A stretch of DNA of 64,000 nucleotides from Candidatus Omnitrophota bacterium (GCA_025453395.1 JALOQK010000008.1:938-64937), one strand, 5' to 3'; counted from the stretch's first letter, positions 8,224 through 18,578 are shown. Program-made: numbers and translations. Notes: generated from the sequence alone by a model not told the origin.

Positions 8224-9909
8224 TTAGAAATTGGCGCATTCCTGTGCCAAAGATTCCTTAGGAATGCCTGTATCAATGAAATCCCAAGGCAGCCTATCTT
8301 CTATTTTGCCTGCCAACAGGTAGTCTTGCGGGTTGATTCCAGAGCTAATAAAAGCATCCTGCCAAAGCTTAAAATTAAACTGGTCGTCCCAGGCCTGAAA
8401 ACGCCCGCCCTGGCTAAAGACATGTTCAATGACCCCGCCTAAACGCCTATCGCCTCTGGAGAATACCGCCTCAATGAAACTCATATGCGGATCATGAAAA
8501 TTAAGCCTTAAACTTTTGTGCTTAGAGGCTTTATCTCTTAGGATCTTTTGCTTAGCAAACATCGCCTCTATGTTATCCATAGCCTGCCACTGAAAACAGG
8601 TATGCGGCTTGGGGATCATCGTATTAACGCTTATATTTATCTGCGCCCGGGGCAAACCGATTTTTCTTCTTAATTCAGAAACCTTTACCGAAAAATCAAT
8701 TATGCCCTCTAAATCCTCTTGCGTTTCAGAAGGCACCCCTGACATAAAATATAATTTTACCCTCTGATAACCTGCCGAATACGCTTTTTCCATGGCATCA
8801 AAGAAAACATCCTCATCAAATTCTTTATTCAGCACCCGGCGCAGCCTTTGGCTGCCTGCTTCAGGGGCAAAAGTAAGCCCGGTCTTTTTCACCTTAGAAA
8901 GAATTCCCGCGATATCGCCGGTTAAGTCTTTGGGTTTTATGGAAGGAAGCGACACGCTTACTGCCTTTTGGCTAAAACAAGCGAATAAATCTTTGAGTAA
9001 TAAATCTACCCGCGGATAGTCGCTGACGCAAAGCCCGGCCAAAGAAATATCCTCATACCCGGTAGAAGAATATATTTCCTGCGCCGTAGAGATAAGTTTG
9101 TCTTTGCTTCTAAAACGCAAAGGATGATAAATTCTATTGGCCTGGCAGAAACGGCACTTATAAGGGCAGCCGCGCATTACCTCAAGCATCATGCGGTCAT
9201 GGATAATCTCGATATAAGGCACAAGCCACTTCACAGGGAAAAAGCTACTGTCCAGATCCTTGATAAAACGCTTTTTTATCTTCTTGGCCGGCAAAGAAGG
9301 CACATAAACGCCTTCTATATGGGAAAACTCTTTAAGCAATTCTTCTTTAAGCAGACTGCCTGATTTATAATCATCTTTGAGCCTTGCATAAAGCCCCACT
9401 ATCTCCGGGAGGGCCTCTTCAGCTTCCCCAATAAGAAAAAGATCAAAGAAATCACGCATCGGTTCAGGGTTAAAACAACAAACACCCCCTGCGATGACAA
9501 GGGGAAAATCTTTATTGCGCTCTACAGATCTCAAAGGGATATTGCCTAAATCAAGCATGCCCAGCACATTCACATAACCCAATTCATATCCTAAAGAAAA
9601 CCCCGCGAAATCAAAATCTTTAAGCGGCCGGGCTTCTTCAAGAGAAGAAAACAAGAGGTTATTCGCGCGCAAAATTTGCTCCATATCCGCAGCAGGGGCA
9701 AAAAACCTTTGGCAGCAAACCCCATCCAGCTGATTTAACAAGCCATAAATTATCCTGATACCTAAATTACTCATCCCAACTTCATACAAATCCGGGAAAC
9801 ATAAAGCAAAGTTTACCTTGTTATCCTCAAATTTCTTTGAGGAAACATTCCATTCTCCCCCGGTATAACGCGCCGGCTTTCTTACCTGTAATAAATAATC
9901 TTCAGTCAT
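8224..9909 (-). CDS. Radical SAM protein, TIGR03960-like (B12-binding-like N-domain plus radical SAM core)
   Basis: 561 aa. CxxxCxxC cluster in EVMRGCPYKCRFCQA. N-terminus MTEDYLLQVRKPARYTGGEW typical of the family. Sits upstream of rodA as in many genomes. Confidence 0.8.
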   Translation of the reverse strand: MTEDYLLQVRKPARYTGGEWNVSSKKFEDNKVNFALCFPDLYEVGMSNLGIRIIYGLLNQLDGVCCQRFFAPAADMEQILRANNLLFSSLEEARPLKDFDFAGFSLGYELGYVNVLGMLDLGNIPLRSVERNKDFPLVIAGGVCCFNPEPMRDFFDLFLIGEAEEALPEIVGLYARLKDDYKSGSLLKEELLKEFSHIEGVYVPSLPAKKIKKRFIKDLDSSFFPVKWLVPYIEIIHDRMMLEVMRGCPYKCRFCQANRIYHPLRFRSKDKLISTAQEIYSSTGYEDISLAGLCVSDYPRVDLLLKDLFACFSQKAVSVSLPSIKPKDLTGDIAGILSKVKKTGLTFAPEAGSQRLRRVLNKEFDEDVFFDAMEKAYSAGYQRVKLYFMSGVPSETQEDLEGIIDFSVKVSELRRKIGLPRAQINISVNTMIPKPHTCFQWQAMDNIEAMFAKQKILRDKASKHKSLRLNFHDPHMSFIEAVFSRGDRRLGGVIEHVFSQGGRFQAWDDQFNFKLWQDAFISSGINPQDYLLAGKIEDRLPWDFIDTGIPKESLAQECANF

Positions 9910-9914
9910 AGTAG

Positions 9915-10019
9915 TAGTGTAAAGCTTAAAGCGAAAAATGCAAAATCATAATTAAAAATTTAAAAGTTTTCAATTTTACGCTATAGTTTTACGCTTTGCG
10001 CTTTGAATTTTTAGCTTTC
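9915..10019. repeat. Palindromic intergenic element (aaagcttaaa...gcgtaaaac / gttttacgc...tttaagcttt family), copy 1
   Basis: About 100 nt with internal inverted repeats. A 38-nt core (aattttacgctatagttttacgctttgcgctttga) reappears inverted at 19320-19395 with 3 mismatches. Confidence 0.5.
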
Positions 10020-11117
10020 TTAAAACACTGTCCTGGTCTTCTCAATATTGGCCAGTATTCCCAAAGATATAAATGTCACCAAGATTGAGGAACCCCCGTA
10101 ACTCATTAATGGCAACGGCACTCCCACCACAGGGACAAGCCCTATATTCATGGCGATATTAATCAATACCTGCAAGCCTAACATAAAGGTAACCCCAAAA
10201 GCAAGAAGCTTACCGAAATAATCACTTGTAGATAAAGCGATGCGTATGCCCTTTTTTAGTATTAATGAATACAGGAACAATAAAACCAATACCCCCACAA
10301 GCCCCCATTCTTCAGAGAAAGTGGCAAAAATAAAATCTGTATGCGCTTCGGGCAAGAAATGCAGCTGGCTTTGCGTGCCGGCAAGCCATCCTTTTCCCAA
10401 AAATCCTCCTGAGCCAATGGCTATCTTAGATTGTATCACTGTATAGCCGGCGCCCAAGGGATCAATGTTGGGATTCAGAAAAACAAGGATCCTATTCTTC
10501 TGATAATCCTTAAGCATCTGCCATAAAATAGGCGCGCAAAGCAAAGATAATAAGAACAGCCCTGCATAGTAACGGATTTTTACCCCGGCCATAAAACTTA
10601 CTGCCAAAAAAACAAATATTACTAATAATCCTGTGCCCAAATCCGGCTGTTTGATAATAATTACAGCGGGGATCATCACTAAAAAAAATGGCAGGATAAA
10701 AGCTCGCAGGATCCCGTATTTATACGCGCCCCATGTGGTATCCATCTTGCTTTGAGTAAAATATCGCGCGATAGACATAACCATTATAATCTTGGCGAAT
10801 TCCGAAGGCTGGAAACTGAAAATTCCGATCCTTAACCATCTTTGCGCGCCAAGCCGAACACTGCCTAACGCCAAAACTAATAGAAGAATAATAAATATAG
10901 CAAAATAGAAAAGATAAGAAACACCCCAAAGATTCCGGTAATTAATGCTGGATATTACCCAGAATAATAACACCCCTAAGAAAACCCAGAGTATTTGACG
11001 TTGATAAATAAACTGCCAACTTTCTGCCTCTTTTTGATAAGTGCTGCTGTATATAGAAAGCACTCCGCAAGCGGTTATCAAAATAGCAATAAAAAGAATT
11101 GAGAGTCTGCTTTTCAT
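10020..11117 (-). CDS. rodA: Rod shape-determining SEDS glycosyltransferase RodA
   Basis: 365 aa polytopic membrane protein of the FtsW/RodA family, immediately downstream of mrdA and the mreBCD genes. Confidence 0.9.
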   Translation of the reverse strand: MKSRLSILFIAILITACGVLSIYSSTYQKEAESWQFIYQRQILWVFLGVLLFWVISSINYRNLWGVSYLFYFAIFIILLLVLALGSVRLGAQRWLRIGIFSFQPSEFAKIIMVMSIARYFTQSKMDTTWGAYKYGILRAFILPFFLVMIPAVIIIKQPDLGTGLLVIFVFLAVSFMAGVKIRYYAGLFLLSLLCAPILWQMLKDYQKNRILVFLNPNIDPLGAGYTVIQSKIAIGSGGFLGKGWLAGTQSQLHFLPEAHTDFIFATFSEEWGLVGVLVLLFLYSLILKKGIRIALSTSDYFGKLLAFGVTFMLGLQVLINIAMNIGLVPVVGVPLPLMSYGGSSILVTFISLGILANIEKTRTVF

Positions 11118-12835
11118 ATAAGCCCTTCCTCAAACATGCGCGTAATAATTTCTTTCGCTATTAAGCAGGCATAATAGCCTGCCTTGCCGTTTTCCAAGAA
11201 AACACAAACAGCAAATTTAGGGCGATCAGATGGGAAAAAACCGGCAAACCATCCGTGCGCAAAAGATCCAGTTACCTGCGCGGAACCTGTTTTGCCTGAT
11301 ACCTTAACTGGCAAATCCGCCAAAATACTGGCTGTACCAGCTGGATCTGATACGGCCTTACGCATGCCATCACTTATGTAATTAACTATCTCTTGCTTGG
11401 AAATAACTTTTATTTTCTTGCCAGAATGCCCCCCTGCGTTATATCCAGCGGCATATTTAGTAACATGCGGAACAACCAAAAAACCACCATTAGCAAAACA
11501 GGCAGTAACTCTTAGTATTTGTATAGGCGTGGTCAATAAATCACCCTGGCCAATAGAAAAATTGGCCGTATCCCCATCATACCATTTTTGATCCCGGCTT
11601 GATTTCTTCCAGGCTACTGATGGCACAAACCCGGATACCTCATATGGAAGATCTATCCCTGTGGTTTTTGCCAAACCAAATCTCAGAGAATAATCTGTTA
11701 TTAGTTGCGGGCCCAAGGCTAAGCCTGTATGATAAAAAAATACATCGCAGGAACCGGCTATGGCCTGTATTAAATCTTGACGGTTATGCGTATCCCAGCA
11801 CTTAAACTGCCGCCTGCCTATTGTTAGAAATCCAGGGCAAATAAAAGAAGTCCCGAGATTTATTTTCTTTTTTTCCAGGCCCGCAACAGCCACAATTAAC
11901 TTAAATATAGAACCAGGCGCATACGAAGCGCTTATCGCGCGATTCAAAAAAGGCGAATGCTTGTCGTTTAAAACCTCTTCAATAGAAGAAGAGCCTTTGA
12001 TAAAAATACCCGGGTCAAAATCCGGGAAACTTGCTAACGCCAGGATTTCCCCTGTATCAGGCTGCATAATAATAACCGCGCCTTTTTGGTTTTGCATCGC
12101 CTGTTGGACGATTTGCTGGATCTTAATATCTAAGGTTAGGCCCACATCGCCACCATTAACAGCAGGCTTATATCCTATTACTCTGACTAATTTTCCGACA
12201 TGATCTACTTCCGCGGATATCGCCCCATCGCCTTGGCGTAAAATATAATCATATTTTTCTTCTGCCCCGCCAAATCCCACAATATCTGCCGGCTTATAAC
12301 CGTAATCGGATAATTTATAAAGCCGCCACTGGTCTATTTGGCTTAGATACCCTAACACATGGCATGCCAGATTGCCATACGGATAATAGCGTAATGGATG
12401 CGGCTGTATGATAATTCCGGGTGAATCAAATTTAGCCTGCTCAAGGGCGATAAGCTTTTTGTTATCAGAAATCGTATCCAAAACAACTGGCAGCGATTCA
12501 GAGATATAACGCGACCTGAATCTCTTCCTAAGCTTCTGCTCATCCTGCTCTAATACAAAGGCGATTTTCCTTAACGCCCTTTCAAGTTCATCTTTATTTT
12601 GCCCTGAAACCATCACATCAAAAGCCAGGTAATTGTCCGCAATAGGATTTCCGTTACGGTCCAAGATCCTTCCTCTTGCGCCTTCTTGAGGCAGAACCCG
12701 GATGCAGTTCTTTTGGCTGAGCAAGCTGAATTTGGCCCCCTGGATTATTGCAAGATTAAAAACCCCAAAGCCCAAAACAACAAAGCTGGCGATAAAAACC
12801 GATATTACAAGTTTTGTCCTGTTCGGATAAGTCAT
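11114..12835 (-). CDS. mrdA: Penicillin-binding protein 2 (elongasome transpeptidase)
   Basis: 573 aa. N-terminal TM. SxxK (SIFK) and KTG (KTGSAQ) motifs. Overlaps mreD and rodA by 4 nt each. Confidence 0.9.
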   Translation of the reverse strand: MTYPNRTKLVISVFIASFVVLGFGVFNLAIIQGAKFSLLSQKNCIRVLPQEGARGRILDRNGNPIADNYLAFDVMVSGQNKDELERALRKIAFVLEQDEQKLRKRFRSRYISESLPVVLDTISDNKKLIALEQAKFDSPGIIIQPHPLRYYPYGNLACHVLGYLSQIDQWRLYKLSDYGYKPADIVGFGGAEEKYDYILRQGDGAISAEVDHVGKLVRVIGYKPAVNGGDVGLTLDIKIQQIVQQAMQNQKGAVIIMQPDTGEILALASFPDFDPGIFIKGSSSIEEVLNDKHSPFLNRAISASYAPGSIFKLIVAVAGLEKKKINLGTSFICPGFLTIGRRQFKCWDTHNRQDLIQAIAGSCDVFFYHTGLALGPQLITDYSLRFGLAKTTGIDLPYEVSGFVPSVAWKKSSRDQKWYDGDTANFSIGQGDLLTTPIQILRVTACFANGGFLVVPHVTKYAAGYNAGGHSGKKIKVISKQEIVNYISDGMRKAVSDPAGTASILADLPVKVSGKTGSAQVTGSFAHGWFAGFFPSDRPKFAVCVFLENGKAGYYACLIAKEIITRMFEEGLI

Positions 12836-13311
12836 TTTATGGATGGATTAATTATATATTCCCAAAGGATATAAGAACCTGCTGCGGAAAAAATAACACC
12901 AACGGCCAATATCCTTAAGAATACACCCCAAGATACGCTTAAGCCGTTTGTCAGCATCAGCCCGTGGATAATCAATGAATAAAACAAAAAACCTGCCGCC
13001 ACCACAGAAATCTTTACAAAGATATTTTCTATTTCTATTTTTCTGGCAACAAAAGAAAATAAAAGGCTGAATACCGGAAATAAAATACAATTTAACCCAA
13101 CCGAACCCGAGATAAAAATATCCTTAGCCAAACCGCAAAACAGGCCGATAATTAAAACCCTCGCGATATTATAACAAAACAATAAACTAAACAACGCGTT
13201 AATCAAAAACAAAAGATCCGGCTTAAGATATAATAACCGCATATCGTTTATAATGCCGGCCTGAAAATACGCGGTTAATAATATAAGCCCCGCTATAAAA
13301 ATACTGCTCAT
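12832..13311 (-). CDS. mreD: Rod shape-determining protein MreD
   Basis: 159 aa polytopic membrane protein between mreC and mrdA. Confidence 0.75.
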   Translation of the reverse strand: MSSIFIAGLILLTAYFQAGIINDMRLLYLKPDLLFLINALFSLLFCYNIARVLIIGLFCGLAKDIFISGSVGLNCILFPVFSLLFSFVARKIEIENIFVKISVVAAGFLFYSLIIHGLMLTNGLSVSWGVFLRILAVGVIFSAAGSYILWEYIINPSIK

Positions 13312-14078
13312 TGCGCAACCACCATTACTTCCTCTGTGTTTGCTAAATCTGAAAAGGGTTTGACAATTGCGTATTTACTTAAGCCTGAGAATTCCTCGCC
13401 TACATAAGTTACCGTGCCAATCATTAAACCTTTAGGGCAGCCTGAGGTTAGCCCGGAGGTAACTATCACATCAGAAACCTGGATGTCCGCATCGCGCGGC
13501 AGATACTTCATATTTAAGCAATTTCCTAACCCGCCACAGATCAAACCTTCCTGACGGCTGCGCATAACTAAAGCAGAAATACTTAAACTAGGATCACTAA
13601 TAAGAAGGACTTTGCTTGTAAAATTACCAGTCTCAACCACCCTGCCCAACAGCCCCTTATAAGACAAAACCGTCATTCCTTTATTGATGCCGCTTGCTTT
13701 TCCTTTATTAATAATAAGGCTTGCTGACCAGTTATCCGGGGAATGCGCGATTACACCCGCCACGCGCACCTTAAATGAAGATTGATCTTTCAGGGAAAGA
13801 AGCTCTCTTAAGCGGGAATTTTCCGCGTCTATTTCATCTATCTTATTTAACATCTGCTTCAGAAGCCCGTTCTCTTCTTCTAATTTAATATTATTTTTAT
13901 AATTACGGTGATAGAAAATAGCGGCCTTTGTTTCATCGGCAAGAAAATTAAACAACGATAACGGCAGGTGTGAAATGTCTAAAGCAATGGGTTTAAGATA
14001 GGAAACGGTTAGAGAACAAACTAAAGCAAAGCCGGCTACTACGAAAGTAAGGGTTAGATTTTTACTGGGTTTAAACAC
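13308..14078 (-). CDS. mreC: Rod shape-determining protein MreC
   Basis: 256 aa. N-terminal TM, coiled coil, C-terminal beta domain. Follows mreB. Confidence 0.85.
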   Translation of the reverse strand: MFKPSKNLTLTFVVAGFALVCSLTVSYLKPIALDISHLPLSLFNFLADETKAAIFYHRNYKNNIKLEEENGLLKQMLNKIDEIDAENSRLRELLSLKDQSSFKVRVAGVIAHSPDNWSASLIINKGKASGINKGMTVLSYKGLLGRVVETGNFTSKVLLISDPSLSISALVMRSRQEGLICGGLGNCLNMKYLPRDADIQVSDVIVTSGLTSGCPKGLMIGTVTYVGEEFSGLSKYAIVKPFSDLANTEEVMVVAQ

Positions 14079-14080
14079 AT

Positions 14081-15154
14081 TTAAGAATGCATCTCAGACT
14101 TTATCGGAACGGTAACTCTCTTGAGGTATTTTATTTCATTAAGCACTTTGCCTGTTCCGTTTGCTACCGCGGTAAGAGGGTCATCGGCAACATGCACCGG
14201 CAGGCCTGTCTCTTCAGAAATTAATTTATCCAAACCTCTTAATAGAGAACCGCCGCCCGCCATCATAATCCCATGCTCAATAAGGTCCGCTGACAATTCC
14301 GGAGGAGTCCTCTCAAGAGAGATCTTAGCAGATTCCACGATTGCCCTTAAGGGCTCTTGCAACGCCTCTCTTATTTCTTCAGAAGTAATGGTGACGGTTT
14401 TAGGCAGGCCCGCGATTAAATCTCTGCCTTTAACCTCAAGGCTCATTTCCTCTTCTAAAGGATAGGCAGAGCCTATTTTTATTTTTATATCTTCAGCAGT
14501 ACGCTCGCCGATCATTAAATTGTAAGTCTTTTTAAGATATTCAATGACCGCCTGATCCATTTCATCTCCGCCAATGCGTATAGAACGGGCAAAGACAATC
14601 CCCGCCAAAGAAATAACCGCGATCTCAGTTGTGCCGCCTCCTATATCTATGATCATATTGCCAATCGGGTCCTGAATCGGCAATCCCACCCCAATAGCCG
14701 CGGCCACAGGCTCTTCAATTAAAAATACTTCCCTGGCGCCAGCGCGCTCAGCTGAATCCTTAACCGCGCGTTTTTCCACTTCCGTAATGCCCGATGGGAT
14801 GGCAATAACAATTCTGGGCCTGACTAAAACCCTGCGATGATGCACCTTCTTAATAAAATACCGCAGCATCGCTTCGGTAATTTCAAAATCCGCAATAACC
14901 CCGTCTTTCATAGGGCGAATGGCGATAATATTGCCCGGGGTCCGGCCTAACATGCGCTTTGCTTCATCCCCTACAGCTAAAACATGGGAAGTCCCGCGCT
15001 CTATAGCTACTACTGAAGGCTCACACAAAACTACGCCTTCTCCTTTAACATAAACCAAAGTAGAGGCGGTGCCTAAGTCTATCCCCATGTCATTAGAGAA
15101 TAAACCTAATATATAATTTATTGTTTTCTTCAGTATCTCAGGGATTTGCGCCAT
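14081..15154 (-). CDS. mreB: Actin-like rod shape-determining protein MreB
   Basis: 357 aa. [18 protein letters not shown] phosphate-1 motif and MreB-type adenosine motif ([15 protein letters not shown]). Confidence 0.95.
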   Translation of the reverse strand: MAQIPEILKKTINYILGLFSNDMGIDLGTASTLVYVKGEGVVLCEPSVVAIERGTSHVLAVGDEAKRMLGRTPGNIIAIRPMKDGVIADFEITEAMLRYFIKKVHHRRVLVRPRIVIAIPSGITEVEKRAVKDSAERAGAREVFLIEEPVAAAIGVGLPIQDPIGNMIIDIGGGTTEIAVISLAGIVFARSIRIGGDEMDQAVIEYLKKTYNLMIGERTAEDIKIKIGSAYPLEEEMSLEVKGRDLIAGLPKTVTITSEEIREALQEPLRAIVESAKISLERTPPELSADLIEHGIMMAGGGSLLRGLDKLISEETGLPVHVADDPLTAVANGTGKVLNEIKYLKRVTVPIKSEMHS

Positions 15155-15198
15155 AGCAAGGATTTTAACAGAGTTTCAAAGTGCTGTCAAACAAAAAG

Positions 15199-16551
15199 TT
15201 AGATTAAAATAGCCTTTAAAGTGCTTAGAAAATCCGGAAAAGACTTATCAATGCAGCTGACATCATCTAAAATACTCTCATCCCGGGCTGCTAAGGCGGC
15301 AATAATCAGGCTCATGGCAGTCCGATGGTCATTAAAACTTCTTAAGATAGCCGCGTAAAGCTCTGATGGAGCGTTAATAATAACATCTTCCCCGTATTTG
15401 GAAGGCACAACCTTAATATCTACGCCCATACGGGCCAAATTGCTGCGCATAGACTCTATCCTGTCGGTTTCTTTGAAGCGCAACTCCCCTACCCCGTGAA
15501 AAACACTTTTGCCTTTGGCAAGACTTGCAGCTACCATTAATATAGGAAGTTCATCAATTAAAGACGGCACCTGTTTCGCGGATATATTCACGCCGCTTAA
15601 ACGGCTCGTGCTTACAAAGATATCGCCTGCCGGCTCAAAACGGGAAAATTTGTTATTATATTTTTTAATCCTGATCTTACCGCCCATTCTTTTAAGCACC
15701 CTTAAGAAACCAACGCGCGAAGGATTAAGGCTGACATTTTTGATAATCAAAGATGAATTCCTGAAAACAGCTGCTGCCACAATAAAGAAACTCGCCGAAG
15801 AAATATCCCCCGGAATAGTAATGGCTCCCGGAGAAACAAGCTTATCCAGAGCCTCTACAGAAACACTGTTTTTCTTAATTTCAACAGGCGCGCCAAAAAG
15901 TTTAAGCATACGCTCGGTGTGGTCACGCGTTTTAACAGACTCGATAACTGCTGTTTTTCCTTTTGCGCAAAGCCCTGCCAAAAGTACCGCTGACTTTACC
16001 TGAGCTGAGGCAACCGGCATTTTGTAATTAATAGATTTAAGCCCTCCCCCTTGAATAGTTAGAGGGGCATATTCTTCGGATTTAGCGCCTTTCATTCTTA
16101 CTTTTGAGGTTATCTTAGCGCCCATTAATCTCAAAGGAAGGTTAACCCGCAGCATTGGCCGGCGGCCAAGAGACCTGCCTACCTTAATAGAGGCTCTAAA
16201 ATTACAACCTGCTAAAACCCCCAACACAAGGCGCAAGGTCGTGCCGGATTCAGCAATAAAAAGCCTGCCGCTTTGGGGTCTCTTAAGATTCTTAAGCCCT
16301 TTGCCGTGCACTGTTACTAATAACCCGGGAAATCTTTTATTATTGCTCTTACGAAAACAGATATCCACGCCTAATTTTTGCAAAACTTCTATCGTGGAAA
16401 GGCAATCCTGATTGGCGGGAAAATTACTGATCACAACTTTGCTACTTGATAAAGCGCTTATTATAGCGCTTCTATGGGCAATGGACTTATCACCTGAGAA
16501 ACAAATCCTGCCTCTTAACCCTGCAGCCGGCCGAATTAAGAAAAAACACAT
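15199..16551 (-). CDS. aroA: 3-phosphoshikimate 1-carboxyvinyltransferase (EPSP synthase)
   Basis: 450 aa. SGDKSIAHRSAIISAL near the N-terminus and NDHRTAMSLIIAALA near the C-terminus are EPSPS signatures. Confidence 0.85.
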   Translation of the reverse strand: MCFFLIRPAAGLRGRICFSGDKSIAHRSAIISALSSSKVVISNFPANQDCLSTIEVLQKLGVDICFRKSNNKRFPGLLVTVHGKGLKNLKRPQSGRLFIAESGTTLRLVLGVLAGCNFRASIKVGRSLGRRPMLRVNLPLRLMGAKITSKVRMKGAKSEEYAPLTIQGGGLKSINYKMPVASAQVKSAVLLAGLCAKGKTAVIESVKTRDHTERMLKLFGAPVEIKKNSVSVEALDKLVSPGAITIPGDISSASFFIVAAAVFRNSSLIIKNVSLNPSRVGFLRVLKRMGGKIRIKKYNNKFSRFEPAGDIFVSTSRLSGVNISAKQVPSLIDELPILMVAASLAKGKSVFHGVGELRFKETDRIESMRSNLARMGVDIKVVPSKYGEDVIINAPSELYAAILRSFNDHRTAMSLIIAALAARDESILDDVSCIDKSFPDFLSTLKAILI

Positions 16552-17607
16552 TTATTTTTTTATGACCTTATCACCCTCTTGGACTACTTCTTTTAATCCT
16601 GCGGAAGCAAAACCTGCCGCGGACATAGAATCATGCACTTTTTCTACGTTAACTTCTCCCAAAAGCTTATTGTTGCGGGAAACCTGAAAAGTGTCCCCGG
16701 CTTTCACGCCGTCTTTTTCGCCGATATTCAACACCACAAAATCATACTCACGGTTTACTACCGCGATGCTGCCTTCGGGATTAAGCAAGGCCTGCCGGGC
16801 AAGCTCTTTTGCTTTTTGCGCCTCTTTTGCAGCCTGGGCTTTCGCTTCAACCTCTTGCTGATTATCATACTTCTTGGTTGTGCGCTGCATCTCTTTGCGC
16901 ATCTTCTCTTCATTCTTAAGTTTTAACTCGTCTTGTTTTTTCTGGGCAAGCTGCTGGTCTTTCTTTATTTTCTCTTCCAGCTTAAGCTTTGCCTCTTGGG
17001 CTTTCTGTTTTTCCCTGGCTTCCCTGGCTTCTTCTTTTGTGTTTTTCTTGACAGAAACTGCTTGCGGCTTATCTTCAGGGGAAACAACGATAGTGCCTAA
17101 CTGCACGCCTTTAAATTTTTCTTCCAACTGGCGGGATTTTTCTTCCAAGTCTTTAATTTTTACCTCTAAATCTATTTTCTTATTTTCCAGTTCCGCCAAA
17201 CGGGCTTGGATGGTTTTATTTTCTTCCTGCGCGCGGGAAAGCTGTTTGGCCAAATCATCTTTAGAGACAACCTGCTTATTCAGCTCTGCCTTTACTACGC
17301 CAATCTGATCCATGGCATCTTGCTTTGCCGCTTTCTCATTTTCCAATTCAGTATTTAAAGCAGAAACTTTTTTCTCCGTGGAGCTTAATTTATCCTCTAG
17401 GCTGAAGATCGTTTTCTTTGAATCTTCTAATTTCATTTTGGTCAGCTTCTGCTCAGCCCTGACATCTTCAAGCTGTTGCTGGATTTGGGCCTTAGCTAAT
17501 TTTTCCTGATTAAGAAGATAATATAGGCCGCCTGATAAAGCCAAAGATATAATGATAAGAAGTGTTAATATGATAATCGCGACTTTACCTTTTTTATTCA
17601 TGGCCAT
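16552..17607 (-). CDS. Membrane-anchored coiled-coil protein with C-terminal beta-rich domain (unknown function)
   Basis: 351 aa. One N-terminal TM (VAIIILTLLIIISLALSGGLYYLL), about 230 aa of K/E/Q-rich heptad coiled coil, then a C-terminal domain YDFVVLNIGEKDGVKAGDTFQV. Confidence 0.6.
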   Translation of the reverse strand: MAMNKKGKVAIIILTLLIIISLALSGGLYYLLNQEKLAKAQIQQQLEDVRAEQKLTKMKLEDSKKTIFSLEDKLSSTEKKVSALNTELENEKAAKQDAMDQIGVVKAELNKQVVSKDDLAKQLSRAQEENKTIQARLAELENKKIDLEVKIKDLEEKSRQLEEKFKGVQLGTIVVSPEDKPQAVSVKKNTKEEAREAREKQKAQEAKLKLEEKIKKDQQLAQKKQDELKLKNEEKMRKEMQRTTKKYDNQQEVEAKAQAAKEAQKAKELARQALLNPEGSIAVVNREYDFVVLNIGEKDGVKAGDTFQVSRNNKLLGEVNVEKVHDSMSAAGFASAGLKEVVQEGDKVIKK

Positions 17608-17672
17608 TCTCTCCTCCGTTTTTAATTTTTCAAGACCCTTAACTGGTTATTATAAGTAAACTACCGTTAAAA

Positions 17673-18575
17673 TCAAGCTATTTTTAAGAATTCCTGCGGA
17701 ATAGAAGAATCAAACTCTATAGCCTTCTGGCTTGTTGGATGGATAAAAGAAATATATTTCGCGTGCAGCGCCATGCGCGAAAAAGAATTATTCTTGCCGT
17801 ATTTATCATCGCCTAATATAGGATAACCTAAATGCGACAGATGCACCCTTAATTGATGGGTCCTGCCGGTAAACGGCTCTAATTCTACTAAAGTAGAATC
17901 CTTATTGCGTTTGATGACCCGGTAAGAAGTCTTGGCGTATTTATTGCCTGAAGAAAAACTAACTGCCATATTTTTCCTTTTGGAAGGATGCCTTCCGATA
18001 GGAAGCTCAATTACATCATGGTCAAAATCCATAACCCCTTTAACCAAGGCCACATATTTTCTATTAATGGAATGCCGGGCGAATTGTTCAGCCAAACAAA
18101 GGTGGCTGGCGTTATTTTTCGCGATAACCAGAAGCCCGGAAGTATCCTTATCTAAGCGATGCACTATCCCGGGCCGCTCTGGGTTTATTGAAGAAAGATT
18201 TTTAAAACGAAACAGCATCGCGTTGACAAGGGTCTTATCCGGATTCCCCGCGGCAGGATGCACACAAAGCCCGGGCTGCTTATTAATCACCGCCAAGTCA
18301 TCATCTTCATAAATAACATCCAAAGAAATCTCTTGAGCTAATAAAGCGGCGGCCTGCTTCTCTTGAAAAGAAAAAACAATTTCTTCATCCAGATGTAATT
18401 TATAATGGGCGCTTTTTACCGGCTGGCCCTGGATTAAAACACCTCCTTTAGAAATAAAATCCTGGATTTTCTCACGGGAAATGCCTAATTTATTTTCTTT
18501 GGAGAAAGCCGCCAATACCGCATCAACACGTTTGCCAACTTCATTGGCTGTAACCTTTAACCTGTATTCTGGCAT
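17673..18575 (-). CDS. rluD: RluA/RluD-family 23S rRNA pseudouridine synthase
   Basis: 300 aa. N-terminal S4 domain. Catalytic HRLDKDTSGLLVIAKN motif. Confidence 0.85.
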   Translation of the reverse strand: MPEYRLKVTANEVGKRVDAVLAAFSKENKLGISREKIQDFISKGGVLIQGQPVKSAHYKLHLDEEIVFSFQEKQAAALLAQEISLDVIYEDDDLAVINKQPGLCVHPAAGNPDKTLVNAMLFRFKNLSSINPERPGIVHRLDKDTSGLLVIAKNNASHLCLAEQFARHSINRKYVALVKGVMDFDHDVIELPIGRHPSKRKNMAVSFSSGNKYAKTSYRVIKRNKDSTLVELEPFTGRTHQLRVHLSHLGYPILGDDKYGKNNSFSRMALHAKYISFIHPTSQKAIEFDSSIPQEFLKIA

Positions 18576-18578
18576 ATG

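Noticed and set aside
15509-16003. 164-aa plus-strand ORF antisense to aroA. Similar long antisense ORFs occur at 39075-39593 inside ftsI, 54408-54938 inside ribBA, 1346-1729 inside pilC and 16874-17308 inside the coiled-coil gene.
   Set aside because: All lie entirely within well-supported minus-strand genes, have low-complexity or Ser/Leu/Cys-rich composition and carry no recognisable motifs. They are typical spurious antisense frames.
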